Part shown: piece after piece, positions 28,458 through 37,916 of the stretch
How the letters are laid out: each line of letters begins with the position of its first letter
How positions within the stretch are numbered: the first letter of the stretch is position 1
Assembly (NCBI GenBank): GCA_049423385.1
Contig: JBMSQQ010000002.1
Span: 9,006-73,005 of the forward strand
Length of the DNA: 64,000 nt
DNA from: Silvanigrellaceae bacterium
Lineage (GTDB): Bacteria; Bdellovibrionota_B; Oligoflexia; Silvanigrellales; Silvanigrellaceae
Direction: 5' to 3'
Made by a program: the position numbers and the translations under genes
Notes under the pieces: model-generated
Database searches by the model: none
What the model saw: the letters and a program-made list of their open reading frames with translations, nothing else
Told to the model about the DNA's origin: nothing

Positions 28458-30659
28458 ATGGCGACTGGTAAGACGACTGCTCACGTTCCCGGTGTTCGCA
28501 CAATCGAACGTCCACGCAATGTTGATGGCACCTTGGCCCGCATAGCCGATTTTTATGGGTCCAATGTTTTTGATTTGCGTGCGATGGGGAAAAAGTTGAG
28601 TTCCCACGACCTTGAAACCATGGGCAAGGTGATGAAACTGGGTGGCAAGATCGACTCCACCTTGGCCGAACGCGTTGCTTCTGCTGCACGCGAGTGGGCG
28701 ATTGAAAAAGGCGCCACCCACTATTGCCACTGGTTCCAACCCCAAACAGGCACGACTGCCGAAAAGCACGATGCGTTCCTGTGGCTCGACAAAAACGGAC
28801 ATCCCATTGAGCGGTTCACCGGCAAGGAATTGCTCCAGAGCGAACCGGATGCGTCCAGTTATCCATCCGGCGGCATGCGCTCCACGTTTGAAGCCCGCGG
28901 TTACACGAGTTGGGACCCCAGCAGTCCCATGTTCGTCATGGAAACCGAGAATGGCCGCACACTTTACATTCCTTCGGTGTTCATCAGCTACCACGGCGAT
29001 GCACTCGACTTCAAAACGCCTTTGCTCCGCTCCAATGAGTCTTTGGGCAAGGAAGCGGTGAAGATGCTTCACCTTCTGGGCGAGAAGAACGTGACGAGTG
29101 TCATCACCACGGTTGGTGCTGAGCAGGAGTTTTTTCTTGTTGCGCGCGAACAAGCGATGGCCCGCCCCGACATCCGCCTTTCGGGCCGCACGGTTTTTGG
29201 CAAGCGTCCTGCGAAAGGTCAGGAACTCGAGGATCATTATTTTGGTCATATCCCAACCCGCGTTCACGCGTTCATCAATGAACTCGAAGTTGAACTCTAC
29301 AAGGTTGGTGTGCCAATCAAGACTCGCCATAACGAAGTTGCACCTGGCCAGTTTGAAGTTGCGCCGATTTTCGAAGGCTCAAACATTGCCGCTGACCACA
29401 ACCAGTTGCTGATGAAGGTGCTCCGCACTGTTGGTGCGCGTCACAACTTCACAGTTCTGTTGCACGAGAAACCCTTCTCTGGCGTCAACGGAAGTGGAAA
29501 GCACGTCAACTGGTCGATGTCCGACTCCACGGGCCGCAACCTTTTGGAGCCAGGAAACACACCTCACCAGAATCTTGTCTTCCTCACAGCGCTTTGCGGC
29601 GTGATGCAGGGAATCTACGACCACGCCGATGTACTTCGTGCGTCTGTTGCTTCGACAGGAAACGATCACCGCCTGGGCGCAAACGAAGCTCCTCCGGCCA
29701 TCATCAGCTGCTTCCTGGGCGACACACTCGACAGGATTCTCAACGCCATCGAGGCCGGCAAAGGCGACAACGTTTCTGCAGAGCGCGCTTTGCTTGACCT
29801 TGGCGTCAATCACCTTCAGCACGTGGCACTCGACAACACCGACCGCAACCGTACGTCACCTTTCGCCTTCACCGGCAACAAGTTTGAATTCCGTGCAGTG
29901 GGTTCAAGTGCACCCATCAGCTTCCCGACTGCGATTCTCAACGCTGCAGTGACTTCGGGTCTGGCCAAGGTGAATGCCAAGTTGGCAGCACGCGCCAAAG
30001 GTGGGGCTGTGTCGCCTGAAGCCAATTTCGAAGTTCTCCGCGAAGTTATCCGCGACACACGCAACATCAGGTTCGAAGGCAATGGATACTCGCAGGAATG
30101 GCGCGACGAGGCAGCCCGCCGTGGTCTTGGCAACTATGCCGACACTCCGTCTGCTCTCGGCGTCTGGACAGACACCAAGAAGACCGGCTTCCTCGTGGAA
30201 ACGGGCACCTTGACTGCGACAGATTTGGAAAGCCGTTCTGCAATTCAGTGGGAGCGCTACATCAAGCAACGCCTCATTGAAATCAATGTTGCCATCGAGA
30301 TGGCTCAGACTGGCATTCTGCCAACGACTCTTGGCTACCTTGGTGAGCTCGTGTCGCTCGGCGAAGCTTCTGCCCGCTTGCACATTTCGACCCCGGCACA
30401 AAAGCTGGCTGGCGAATTGGGGCAATTGACAGTGCGCTTTGAAACAGCGCTTTCGAGCTTGCGCACCGCTTATGAGCGCGTCACTGCAGGCGATGCGTTG
30501 GACCATCACGAGTTGCCAAAAACCGCCAAGGCCATCGCCGACCAGTTGTTGCCAAAGCTTGAAGAGCTGCGCACAACCGCAGATCAGATCGAATCGATTG
30601 TGCCAAGCAGCAAGTGGCCGTTCCCGACGTATCAGGACATGCTCTTTCCTGCCGACTGA
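28458..30659 (+). CDS. glnA: Glutamine synthetase type III
   Basis: GATHYCHWFQP, EPDASSYPSGG, GAEQEFFL, HNEVAPGQFE, HEKPFSGVNGSGKH, DRNRTSPFAFTGNKFEFR, WPFPTY. Confidence 0.95.
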   Translation: MATGKTTAHVPGVRTIERPRNVDGTLARIADFYGSNVFDLRAMGKKLSSHDLETMGKVMKLGGKIDSTLAERVASAAREWAIEKGATHYCHWFQPQTGTTAEKHDAFLWLDKNGHPIERFTGKELLQSEPDASSYPSGGMRSTFEARGYTSWDPSSPMFVMETENGRTLYIPSVFISYHGDALDFKTPLLRSNESLGKEAVKMLHLLGEKNVTSVITTVGAEQEFFLVAREQAMARPDIRLSGRTVFGKRPAKGQELEDHYFGHIPTRVHAFINELEVELYKVGVPIKTRHNEVAPGQFEVAPIFEGSNIAADHNQLLMKVLRTVGARHNFTVLLHEKPFSGVNGSGKHVNWSMSDSTGRNLLEPGNTPHQNLVFLTALCGVMQGIYDHADVLRASVASTGNDHRLGANEAPPAIISCFLGDTLDRILNAIEAGKGDNVSAERALLDLGVNHLQHVALDNTDRNRTSPFAFTGNKFEFRAVGSSAPISFPTAILNAAVTSGLAKVNAKLAARAKGGAVSPEANFEVLREVIRDTRNIRFEGNGYSQEWRDEAARRGLGNYADTPSALGVWTDTKKTGFLVETGTLTATDLESRSAIQWERYIKQRLIEINVAIEMAQTGILPTTLGYLGELVSLGEASARLHISTPAQKLAGELGQLTVRFETALSSLRTAYERVTAGDALDHHELPKTAKAIADQLLPKLEELRTTADQIESIVPSSKWPFPTYQDMLFPAD

Positions 30660-30660
30660 T

Positions 30661-31920
30661 TCACCAGTTTTCGGGATTTCGTCCGATGATGATCGCTGCC
30701 AGGACCTTGGGGACATAATCCAGGGTTTCCTTTGGCAGCGTTTCTTTTAGATGCCAGAAATCGACTTGCTTCGAAATTTTTATGCTCTGGCTGATTTCCT
30801 GACGCTTGATGCGGTTTTGTCCGGCGTTGTAGGCCGCGAGTGCCAGCAGGTAGCGCTTGTTTCCAAACATACCCAGAAGAGAATTCAAATAGCGGGCAGC
30901 GGCGTGTGTACTGGCCTCGACATGCCTACGAGCATCTGCTCCCTGTTCCGCATTGTTGATGAGTCCATATTCCTGCGCTGTGCTGTCGATGAATTGCCAC
31001 ATTCCCACTGCGCCGGCGTGGCTAATCGCCTGCGTGTCGAACGCCGATTCGACCCACGCGATGTAACCCAGCTCTGTGGGGAGTCCGTGGATCTGGAGAA
31101 TTTTCTGAATTTTTTCCCAGACCAAATCACGCTTGCGCAAAAGCTCACGATGCCGGTCGTTTTTTGTGTAAAAGTTTATCCAATGCTCAACCTGCGCGAC
31201 AAATTGGGGATCCATTGCCGAGGGTGGGATTTCCCCGAAGCGCTGTGAAATGTTGACAATTTCGTCCCAGACATAATGGCTGGCAACCAAGGGGACATCA
31301 GTGTTTGAATTTGCACTGTTGCTCAGTGTGATTTTGATGTCGCGACTCTGGCTTTCACCCGGTTTGCCGATGACAAACTCGTTCTTTGGAAGCAATGTGC
31401 CCGTAGGAGCAGTGCGGGCAAAAACGTTGTTTGGCGAGTCATAGACCTGCCAAAGACTGAAACAGAGACCGCCGATGCAAAATCCTGCAACTGTAAACCA
31501 AAGCGGAGCTGTCATGCTGAATGCGCTCGCGCCATGTTGAACGGGTTTCTGGATCAGCTCGAATCCAGAAGTGATTCCCGGTGGCAAACTCGATTCGAGG
31601 GTAGACCAAACTTGAATCATGCACGTGGTGTTGAGCCCCAGTTGCAGGGCATCACCTTCGCGAAGGCGTCCTTCCTGCTTTATCTTTTTGCCATTGATTC
31701 GTGTGCCGTTGGTGCTGTTGAGATCGGTGATTGTGAGCTTTCCGTTGGGATGAAGGCAAATGGCAGCGTGTCTTCTGCTGACCGTGGGATCTCCGTCAAC
31801 CCTGATGTCGGCCTCGGAGAGCGATCCCATGATATATGTTTGTCCTGGGATCAAAGTGAACTGTCTTGAGTTCATTGGACCATTGGTGAACCGCAGCAGA
31901 AATGGATAGTTGTTTTTCAT
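30661..31920 (-). CDS. FHA domain - TM helix - MltD-like lytic transglycosylase
   Basis: FHA VSRRHA...DLNSTNGTRING; TM LWFTVAGFCIGGLCFSLW; SLT motifs WVESAF, AVGMWQF, LALAAYNAG, PKETLDYVPK. Confidence 0.9.
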   Translation of the reverse strand: MKNNYPFLLRFTNGPMNSRQFTLIPGQTYIMGSLSEADIRVDGDPTVSRRHAAICLHPNGKLTITDLNSTNGTRINGKKIKQEGRLREGDALQLGLNTTCMIQVWSTLESSLPPGITSGFELIQKPVQHGASAFSMTAPLWFTVAGFCIGGLCFSLWQVYDSPNNVFARTAPTGTLLPKNEFVIGKPGESQSRDIKITLSNSANSNTDVPLVASHYVWDEIVNISQRFGEIPPSAMDPQFVAQVEHWINFYTKNDRHRELLRKRDLVWEKIQKILQIHGLPTELGYIAWVESAFDTQAISHAGAVGMWQFIDSTAQEYGLINNAEQGADARRHVEASTHAAARYLNSLLGMFGNKRYLLALAAYNAGQNRIKRQEISQSIKISKQVDFWHLKETLPKETLDYVPKVLAAIIIGRNPENW

Positions 31921-33443
31921 GAATCACCACACGTGAAGAGCATCTGCAAATCGCCGAGTTGAATGACGGAACCGTGACCAATAATTCTGAATTTATTGAG
32001 TGGCCGACCATTGACGGCCAGACCGCCGTTGGAAAAGTCTTCAAGCAAGGCCTTGTCACCCTGAAACGAAATGCAGCCATGCCTGCGCTTAATTCCATGT
32101 CCCTTGATCATCAGGTCGCATTTGTATCCGCGACCAAAAACAACAGAGTGCTGCCTGATGATAAATTCCCGCCCCCGGTCTTTTCCATTGAGCATGACCA
32201 ACAATGGGCCCTGTCTGGAGCTTGTCTTCTCCGGGAAATCTTCAGTGGAAAAAATCCCGGCTTCCATTCTTTTCATGTGCCTCAGGGTCACGACAAAGCC
32301 GATTGCGATTGAGGTGAGAAGCCATTCAATCCATGCGTTGAGCGCCAGGCTGGCTTTTGTATCAACCGAATTGAATCGGGGTGGAGGACTTGCCTTCCTG
32401 GTGCTCTCATCGCTTTTTTGAACGTTTGAAGTTTTTCTTTCTTCAGGGGAAAAACGCACCACTGATGGGAGCGATGTAAACCTGATGCCATGATACAAAG
32501 CCGACAACCTCAAGGATGACTCTGGTTTTCCGTTGCCCTGGAGTGTGGATTGCGGGACTTGAGCCGTGACAATGTACTCTTTATCCAGAATATTGCGTGT
32601 CGCCTGCAAGGCCCGGAATGCTCCCTGCAGATCGACAACCCTGAAGACGGTGCCTTTTTCGAGAGCTTCTGGAGTTTGTGTCCAGTGGCGCTGTAAAAAA
32701 GTCTCCGGCCGGGCAAAAACAATTTGATGAATTGCAACATCCATCTGCAAGAGTCGCTTCACACACGATTCGTTTGCAATCTGTTCCGCGCTGGATGTGG
32801 CCGCTGATCCACCCATCAGGATGAGTGTTTTTTGATCTGATTTTTTCAATCCAGCTGAATTCCATTTGTCAAATTTAAGCGCAGCTGTGCAGAGCGCAGA
32901 GTCGGTGAAGACAGAGTCTGGAGAAACCAAAACCGAATCGGCAAGCAGCCGACGCTGCAACGCCAGGCTGTTGTCCTGGTGATCTGTGTCAATCAGCACC
33001 CGCTCAAAGACTTTTTTCGGAGCAACTCCAAGGATGGACAAAAAATCGGCGCTGAAGCTCGCAAATTCCTGAGCGGTCAGCGAGCGAAGTCCCTTGTTCA
33101 ATCCCTTCATGGTCTTGACGCCGTTCGCATCGTAGGCAAAGACAACAGCGCGATTGTTCCATCGTCTTGATGAGTCGAAGGTGGTCAGGCCGATTTGTGA
33201 ATTGTTGACAACTTGATCGTCGACCAAAATCTGGAAGGAGTTTTTGTCGAGAGTCGAGATTGGGAATTTACCGCTTGCATCGACCTCAACAGCAGATGCG
33301 CGAATTTTGAGATGGGTTCCACTTTCCCAATCAACTGAGCGCACTGTGAGCTTCCGTTCCTGGGCAGAGAATGCTGTTGGGGTGGCGATTGCAAGCACAG
33401 TGAAAAGCACAAATCGATTGGTTGTTTCGTGTTTTGCTTTCAT
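31917..33443 (-). CDS. Exported vWA-like domain - TM - C-terminal cytoplasmic FHA domain protein
   Basis: Signal peptide; VVFAYDANG and KTLILMGG resemble degenerate vWA strands; TM WLLTSIAIGFVVTL; FHA VFGRGYKCDL...RRHGCI...VNGRPL. Confidence 0.7.
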   Translation of the reverse strand: MKAKHETTNRFVLFTVLAIATPTAFSAQERKLTVRSVDWESGTHLKIRASAVEVDASGKFPISTLDKNSFQILVDDQVVNNSQIGLTTFDSSRRWNNRAVVFAYDANGVKTMKGLNKGLRSLTAQEFASFSADFLSILGVAPKKVFERVLIDTDHQDNSLALQRRLLADSVLVSPDSVFTDSALCTAALKFDKWNSAGLKKSDQKTLILMGGSAATSSAEQIANESCVKRLLQMDVAIHQIVFARPETFLQRHWTQTPEALEKGTVFRVVDLQGAFRALQATRNILDKEYIVTAQVPQSTLQGNGKPESSLRLSALYHGIRFTSLPSVVRFSPEERKTSNVQKSDESTRKASPPPRFNSVDTKASLALNAWIEWLLTSIAIGFVVTLRHMKRMEAGIFSTEDFPEKTSSRQGPLLVMLNGKDRGREFIIRQHSVVFGRGYKCDLMIKGHGIKRRHGCISFQGDKALLEDFSNGGLAVNGRPLNKFRIIGHGSVIQLGDLQMLFTCGDS

Positions 33444-34237
33444 GTCGCGAATGCCACCTTTATGCTGCGAAACATGAATTCCCGGGTTCCAATTTTTATG
33501 ATGTCACCATTCTCGAGTCCGGTTCCCGAGGTTGGGACTCCATTGACGTGCAGAACATCCGAGAGGGCAACGGGAACAATTGTCCAATTCTCGGTGTGGC
33601 GTGTTATGATGCAATGGCGCGGATTGAGATGTTCTTCCGGGAGATAAATTTCGACTCCTGGTTGGTTGCCAATCACGTTGTTTCCGAAAAACAATCTGAA
33701 GTCCCGACCTTGTGCCTGCCCATTCAACTCCACGAGCCAGCCAACGGTGAATGGCGTTTGAGCGTTTGGCTTCTCCTTGAAAAACACAGCTTTCCTGGAA
33801 GTCGCCGGAACCGGAAGGAGCGGGACGAAGGCCAGCAGTTGTTCACCCAGTTGAATGATGTCGCCGTGGCAAAGCGGTGCAGCTTTTTCGCAGGGTTCGC
33901 CGTTGAGGAAAAGTGGTCTGTGGGTCGAACCTGGTTGCAGAATTGCAGACTCTCCCGAGAGAACATCTATAACGGCATGTTGTCTTCCGGTTTCGGGCGC
34001 GGTCACGACAACGTGGCAACGCGCCGATGAACCGATTGTGTTCGTTCCCGGGTAGAGCCTAAGATCTTCGCCCAAATGGGCGCCGTTGAGTCCGACGAGC
34101 CATCCAGAGGTTGTGAGTGCGCGCCGCAGGCTTGGGTTTTGACCACGGGAAAATGCCAACGATTCATCAACCCAAGGCGTGCCGCAGGACTCAAATGAAT
34201 TCAGGAAATGTTGAGCGTCCAAAAAATGCGTATTCAT
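33440..34237 (-). CDS. Tandem FHA domain protein
   Basis: Two repeats of GWLVxLNGxxxGxDxRLxxGxNxIG...H...NG......L.xGDII.xG. Confidence 0.85.
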   Translation of the reverse strand: MNTHFLDAQHFLNSFESCGTPWVDESLAFSRGQNPSLRRALTTSGWLVGLNGAHLGEDLRLYPGTNTIGSSARCHVVVTAPETGRQHAVIDVLSGESAILQPGSTHRPLFLNGEPCEKAAPLCHGDIIQLGEQLLAFVPLLPVPATSRKAVFFKEKPNAQTPFTVGWLVELNGQAQGRDFRLFFGNNVIGNQPGVEIYLPEEHLNPRHCIITRHTENWTIVPVALSDVLHVNGVPTSGTGLENGDIIKIGTREFMFRSIKVAFAT

Positions 34238-34376
34238 GAAGCGAGCATACTGCGGGTCGACAAGGAAAATCCTGCCTCAAGGCCAATTTGTTGAACCAGC
34301 AGGGTTGTTTTGCCGGGAGGTCTCGGGGACACTGACTGGTGCACTGCTCGACACGCCGATTTCTTGGAGGAATGTG

Positions 34377-34940
34377 ATGACATCAATGAAGGGCACTCCC
34401 GTTTCAACTTTCAATGCCACGATTCGCAATTTGATGTCCAAGTCCATCAAGGACGCTTGCGCTTCATTTGAAATCACTGTTGTAGACGAAGCTCCGGTTG
34501 TTAAGAAATCCATGGGAATCAACGGTGATTATCTTGCCGGGATCAGAGTCTCTGGCAAAAGCTTCACGGGAGCTGTCACTTTGTCGATGGATAAAGTTGC
34601 AGCGAAATCCTTTGCAGACAAAATATTTGCGGGCACGCAAGCAAAGGCAAATGACGCGATGCTTTGTGACCTTGTGGGTGAAGTCTGCAACCAGATGACG
34701 GGAGTCATTCAGAGACAGCTCGGTCAGATTGGCTGCAAACTTCAAGTCACGGCGCAAGAAACTGCCCAGTCTCCTTCGACTTTGGACATGGGGGCTTCTC
34801 CTGAGGAGTGGTTGTTGACTCCCTTCAAGGTCAATCAGGGTAGAGCTGTTCTGGGATTTGGTTTCGTCGGCGATTTGGGTATTGGCGGTGAAGAAGTTCA
34901 GGAAGATCTCAGTGACGCTCGCCACATCACCTTTTTCTAA
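34377..34940 (+). CDS. CheX-like chemotaxis phosphatase
   Basis: GAVTLSM, DLVGEVCNQMTG (ExxN motif); GGAGG RBS. Confidence 0.8.
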   Translation: MTSMKGTPVSTFNATIRNLMSKSIKDACASFEITVVDEAPVVKKSMGINGDYLAGIRVSGKSFTGAVTLSMDKVAAKSFADKIFAGTQAKANDAMLCDLVGEVCNQMTGVIQRQLGQIGCKLQVTAQETAQSPSTLDMGASPEEWLLTPFKVNQGRAVLGFGFVGDLGIGGEEVQEDLSDARHITFF

Positions 34941-35003
34941 GGTTCCGTTCAATCCCTCGGCTGCCGGCAAACGCCATGTTGCATCGGATTCCCAGTCGGC
35001 TTT

Positions 35004-36986
35004 TCACTTGACCGTTTTTTCGTAGGTGCACAGCGGGTTTCCACTGATGCTGACATCGTTGGCGAGTGGCCCGAAGCCTCTCGCTCCGGTTACGTCGTTT
35101 CTGACCGTGGCAGTTGCCGCACTTCCGGTGACATCGAAAGACACCGCATTTCGTGCGGGATTCTGATTGCTTTTTTCCTTCCACGCACGGCCTGCTCCCT
35201 CGATGATGATGGTTGCCAGGCGCATGTTCTGCACCGCAATGGCGTCTTCAGCGTTCAAGTATTTTTGGCCAAGCTGCATTTGAAAAAGGCTTCCATCGCG
35301 TCTCCGGACTTGGTCGATTCGCATGTTGGATTTGTCGATAATCAACAGTAATGAAGATTCGGCGTTTTCAAATCTTTCGTCGCCCACAAAAATTTGTTCG
35401 GCACGTGCGTCCGTGGGTGCTGCGTCTGAAAAGGTCAAGGTCATGGGGCGTTGTGTCGGAATCAGTGGTGTTCCATCGCGCAAATTGGCAAGGTTGCACT
35501 GGTAAACAATCGCAAGTCCTCCAGGTTTGGCCTCTTCACTTTTCCAGAGGCTGGAGAGTTGGCATGCCTGCATTGAAAACAGCAATGCGACAAGCAGGGG
35601 TCTTCGGAATCTTCTCAGAAGTTTGGCAAAAACTTGAAGCAAGAGGGGCAAGAGCAGCAGGCCGGCAAGCGCAGACGTTGAGCCGTGGGACTTTTTCGAG
35701 TTTTGGATTTGCCCACATTTGACGCCGCCTTGCTGAACTTCAATTGTTTCCCCGGTGGCTGCCGCAATCTTTTGCCCTCGTGCCAGCTCAACTTCGCTTT
35801 TTTTGAACTCTTCGATCAGTATGCTTTTCCACTGGGAAACCCCGAGGACATCTGTAGCCTTGAGAACTGCAGCAGCCGCATCGCCAAGTTTCGTTTTGGT
35901 GGATTCACCCAAAAAGTTGATGCTCATCAAAACAACGCGATCGAAATCGAAAGTCTTTGCCTTGAAACCCGAAACTATTCTGTTTCTGCTCCGCCAAAGG
36001 GCGCTGCTCCAGACCTGACCAAATGCATGGCCTTCCTCAAGTACCTTGGCGTCATTCGTGGTTGGGGTATCGAGAAGGCGGCGCAGGTATCTCGCACCAC
36101 TGGGTCGGGTGACACGCCAAACACGGCCGAGGACGGGATCGCCAAACCAGCTTGCGCTGAAGTAGTCTGCATATCCTTCATTCACGGCAAACCATTGCCA
36201 TCCTTCCAGGCTGCGCTCGTCCCGAACATGATTGAAGATGATGTGTGAAAGTTCATGACCAATGATTGTAGGATCATGGCCTGCTGAATATCCCGGGGGA
36301 TTGCATACAGCAGCACTGGTCTTGTCGAAGCAGGAATTGGGATGAATATAGAGTGACTGAACTCCAACCACAAAAGCATTGTCCCGTTCAACTTCGCCAC
36401 CATTGATCGACGGCGAGCGGGGAGCAAAATATGCGGCCTGAACCTTTACCTTTGAGAGAATTTCCTCGCCCCGGGGCAAGCTTCGCAGCAGCGGTGCAAA
36501 ATATTGTTCCATCATCTCGTTGATGGTTTGCGCTGTCGTGGTCACCGGAATGGAATCGTTGTCGCGTCCCAACGCTTCGATTTGGGCTCGATTGAGTTCA
36601 TTTCCTGAGAGACCGGCACCCGCGGGTGAATCGCCAATATATCGGACCGTGGCCCAACGAGTGTCGAGCAGGAATTTTGAGCTTCCAAACCCGAGAACAT
36701 CCGCGTCCGGCGGAAGAGAGATTCCAACAGGGACGTCTGGTTCGTCGACCGGGGTCGTGTTGCTTGAACGAGGAACGAGATTGACCTCTGCGAGGAGAGC
36801 GGAAATCTTGTCGGAGGACAACTCACCCTGGGTTCCGAGTTTTTTCGCCGGAGGCAGGATGACCATGGCCGGCATTTTTTGATTTTGTGATGATGGGGCC
36901 CAGATTAAAAATCCCGTGGCAACGAGAACGAGTGCGGCAAAGCCGATGGCGCCACGTGCTGCGATTTTTTTCGTCAACCCATTCAC
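35004..36986 (-). CDS. Thermolysin/fungalysin-like (M4/M36) zinc metallopeptidase fused via an internal CTERM-like segment to a second domain
   Basis: N-terminal TM; DNAF, IIGHELSH, AVNEGYADYF, EGHAFGQVWSSALW; then GGVKCG...LLLLPLLL...RRFRR and LLVALLFSMQAC. Confidence 0.8.
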   Translation of the reverse strand: MNGLTKKIAARGAIGFAALVLVATGFLIWAPSSQNQKMPAMVILPPAKKLGTQGELSSDKISALLAEVNLVPRSSNTTPVDEPDVPVGISLPPDADVLGFGSSKFLLDTRWATVRYIGDSPAGAGLSGNELNRAQIEALGRDNDSIPVTTTAQTINEMMEQYFAPLLRSLPRGEEILSKVKVQAAYFAPRSPSINGGEVERDNAFVVGVQSLYIHPNSCFDKTSAAVCNPPGYSAGHDPTIIGHELSHIIFNHVRDERSLEGWQWFAVNEGYADYFSASWFGDPVLGRVWRVTRPSGARYLRRLLDTPTTNDAKVLEEGHAFGQVWSSALWRSRNRIVSGFKAKTFDFDRVVLMSINFLGESTKTKLGDAAAAVLKATDVLGVSQWKSILIEEFKKSEVELARGQKIAAATGETIEVQQGGVKCGQIQNSKKSHGSTSALAGLLLLPLLLQVFAKLLRRFRRPLLVALLFSMQACQLSSLWKSEEAKPGGLAIVYQCNLANLRDGTPLIPTQRPMTLTFSDAAPTDARAEQIFVGDERFENAESSLLLIIDKSNMRIDQVRRRDGSLFQMQLGQKYLNAEDAIAVQNMRLATIIIEGAGRAWKEKSNQNPARNAVSFDVTGSAATATVRNDVTGARGFGPLANDVSISGNPLCTYEKTVK

Positions 36987-37916
36987 TTATTCGGCTCCGT
37001 AATCACCATGTGTCTTCAATGTTCGAGCGCATTTGCGCAATTCGTCTGCAACAATCGAAAATCTTTTGAGATCCAGACATCCCGATCGGGCAATCAAGAA
37101 CAGTCCGTTTTTTTGCATCGAAGCACTTTCCACTGCATACCCTGGTGGAATCGAAAGTTGGCGGATGATTTGTTTTGGAATGACACAGAGTGCGTTTTCA
37201 ATTGAAATCACAACTTTTGGGATTGCGATGATGTGATCGAGACAAGCTGCCACCTGAACTTTTGGCCAGGGAAAAGCTTCTCCATCAAACAATTCATTCC
37301 AGAAGGTATCAACAATTGAATCGGGAATATTCATTGTCACCCAGGGGCGGTTCAGGAGAATTTGTTTCCTTTCCGATTTGCTTCCTGATTTGGGCAGGGC
37401 TTTGCCAAACAGGACAAGTTCCTCGTCGACAAGTTTCTCTGCCTGGACACCTTCTGTGTGCTCAAACGGTTGTGCAACCACGGCAAGGTCAAGTTGGCCG
37501 TGGGTGACCATGTGGAGCAAATTTGCGGTTTGGTCCACGTGAAGTTTCAATTGAAGCTTTGGAGTTTTCTGATTCACACCCGCAAACGCAGGCAAAAACA
37601 AGCTGTCGAACCAGCCCATCAGGCAACCAATTCGAACCGTTCCGTCAATTGCGCTCAACTCTTCCGTGAGGCTTTCCTTGATGCCATCAAAGCGGTTGAG
37701 AATTTCCCTGACCTGCGGAACGATGGCCTCTGCGGTGGGAAGTGGCACCATGCTGCGGGGAGTGCGCTGAAACAATTTGACACCCCATTCCGTCTCGATT
37801 TTTTTCAATTTCAAGCTGATGGCAGGCTGGGTCAAGCCAAGGCCGTTCGCTGCGTGGGAAATTGACCCGCCGTCGACAATAGCCAGAAATGCTTCGAGGT
37901 CCTTGACGTCAATCAT
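36987..37916 (-). CDS. LysR family transcriptional regulator
   Basis: LEAFLAIVDGGSISHAANGLGLTQPAISLKLKKIE..WGVKLFQR; GTVRIG; LDLAVV. Confidence 0.93.
   Translation of the reverse strand: MIDVKDLEAFLAIVDGGSISHAANGLGLTQPAISLKLKKIETEWGVKLFQRTPRSMVPLPTAEAIVPQVREILNRFDGIKESLTEELSAIDGTVRIGCLMGWFDSLFLPAFAGVNQKTPKLQLKLHVDQTANLLHMVTHGQLDLAVVAQPFEHTEGVQAEKLVDEELVLFGKALPKSGSKSERKQILLNRPWVTMNIPDSIVDTFWNELFDGEAFPWPKVQVAACLDHIIAIPKVVISIENALCVIPKQIIRQLSIPPGYAVESASMQKNGLFLIARSGCLDLKRFSIVADELRKCARTLKTHGDYGAE

Noticed and set aside
30661..34237. Type VI secretion or prophage lysis cluster
   Set aside because: No tss, vgrG, hcp or phage structural genes nearby
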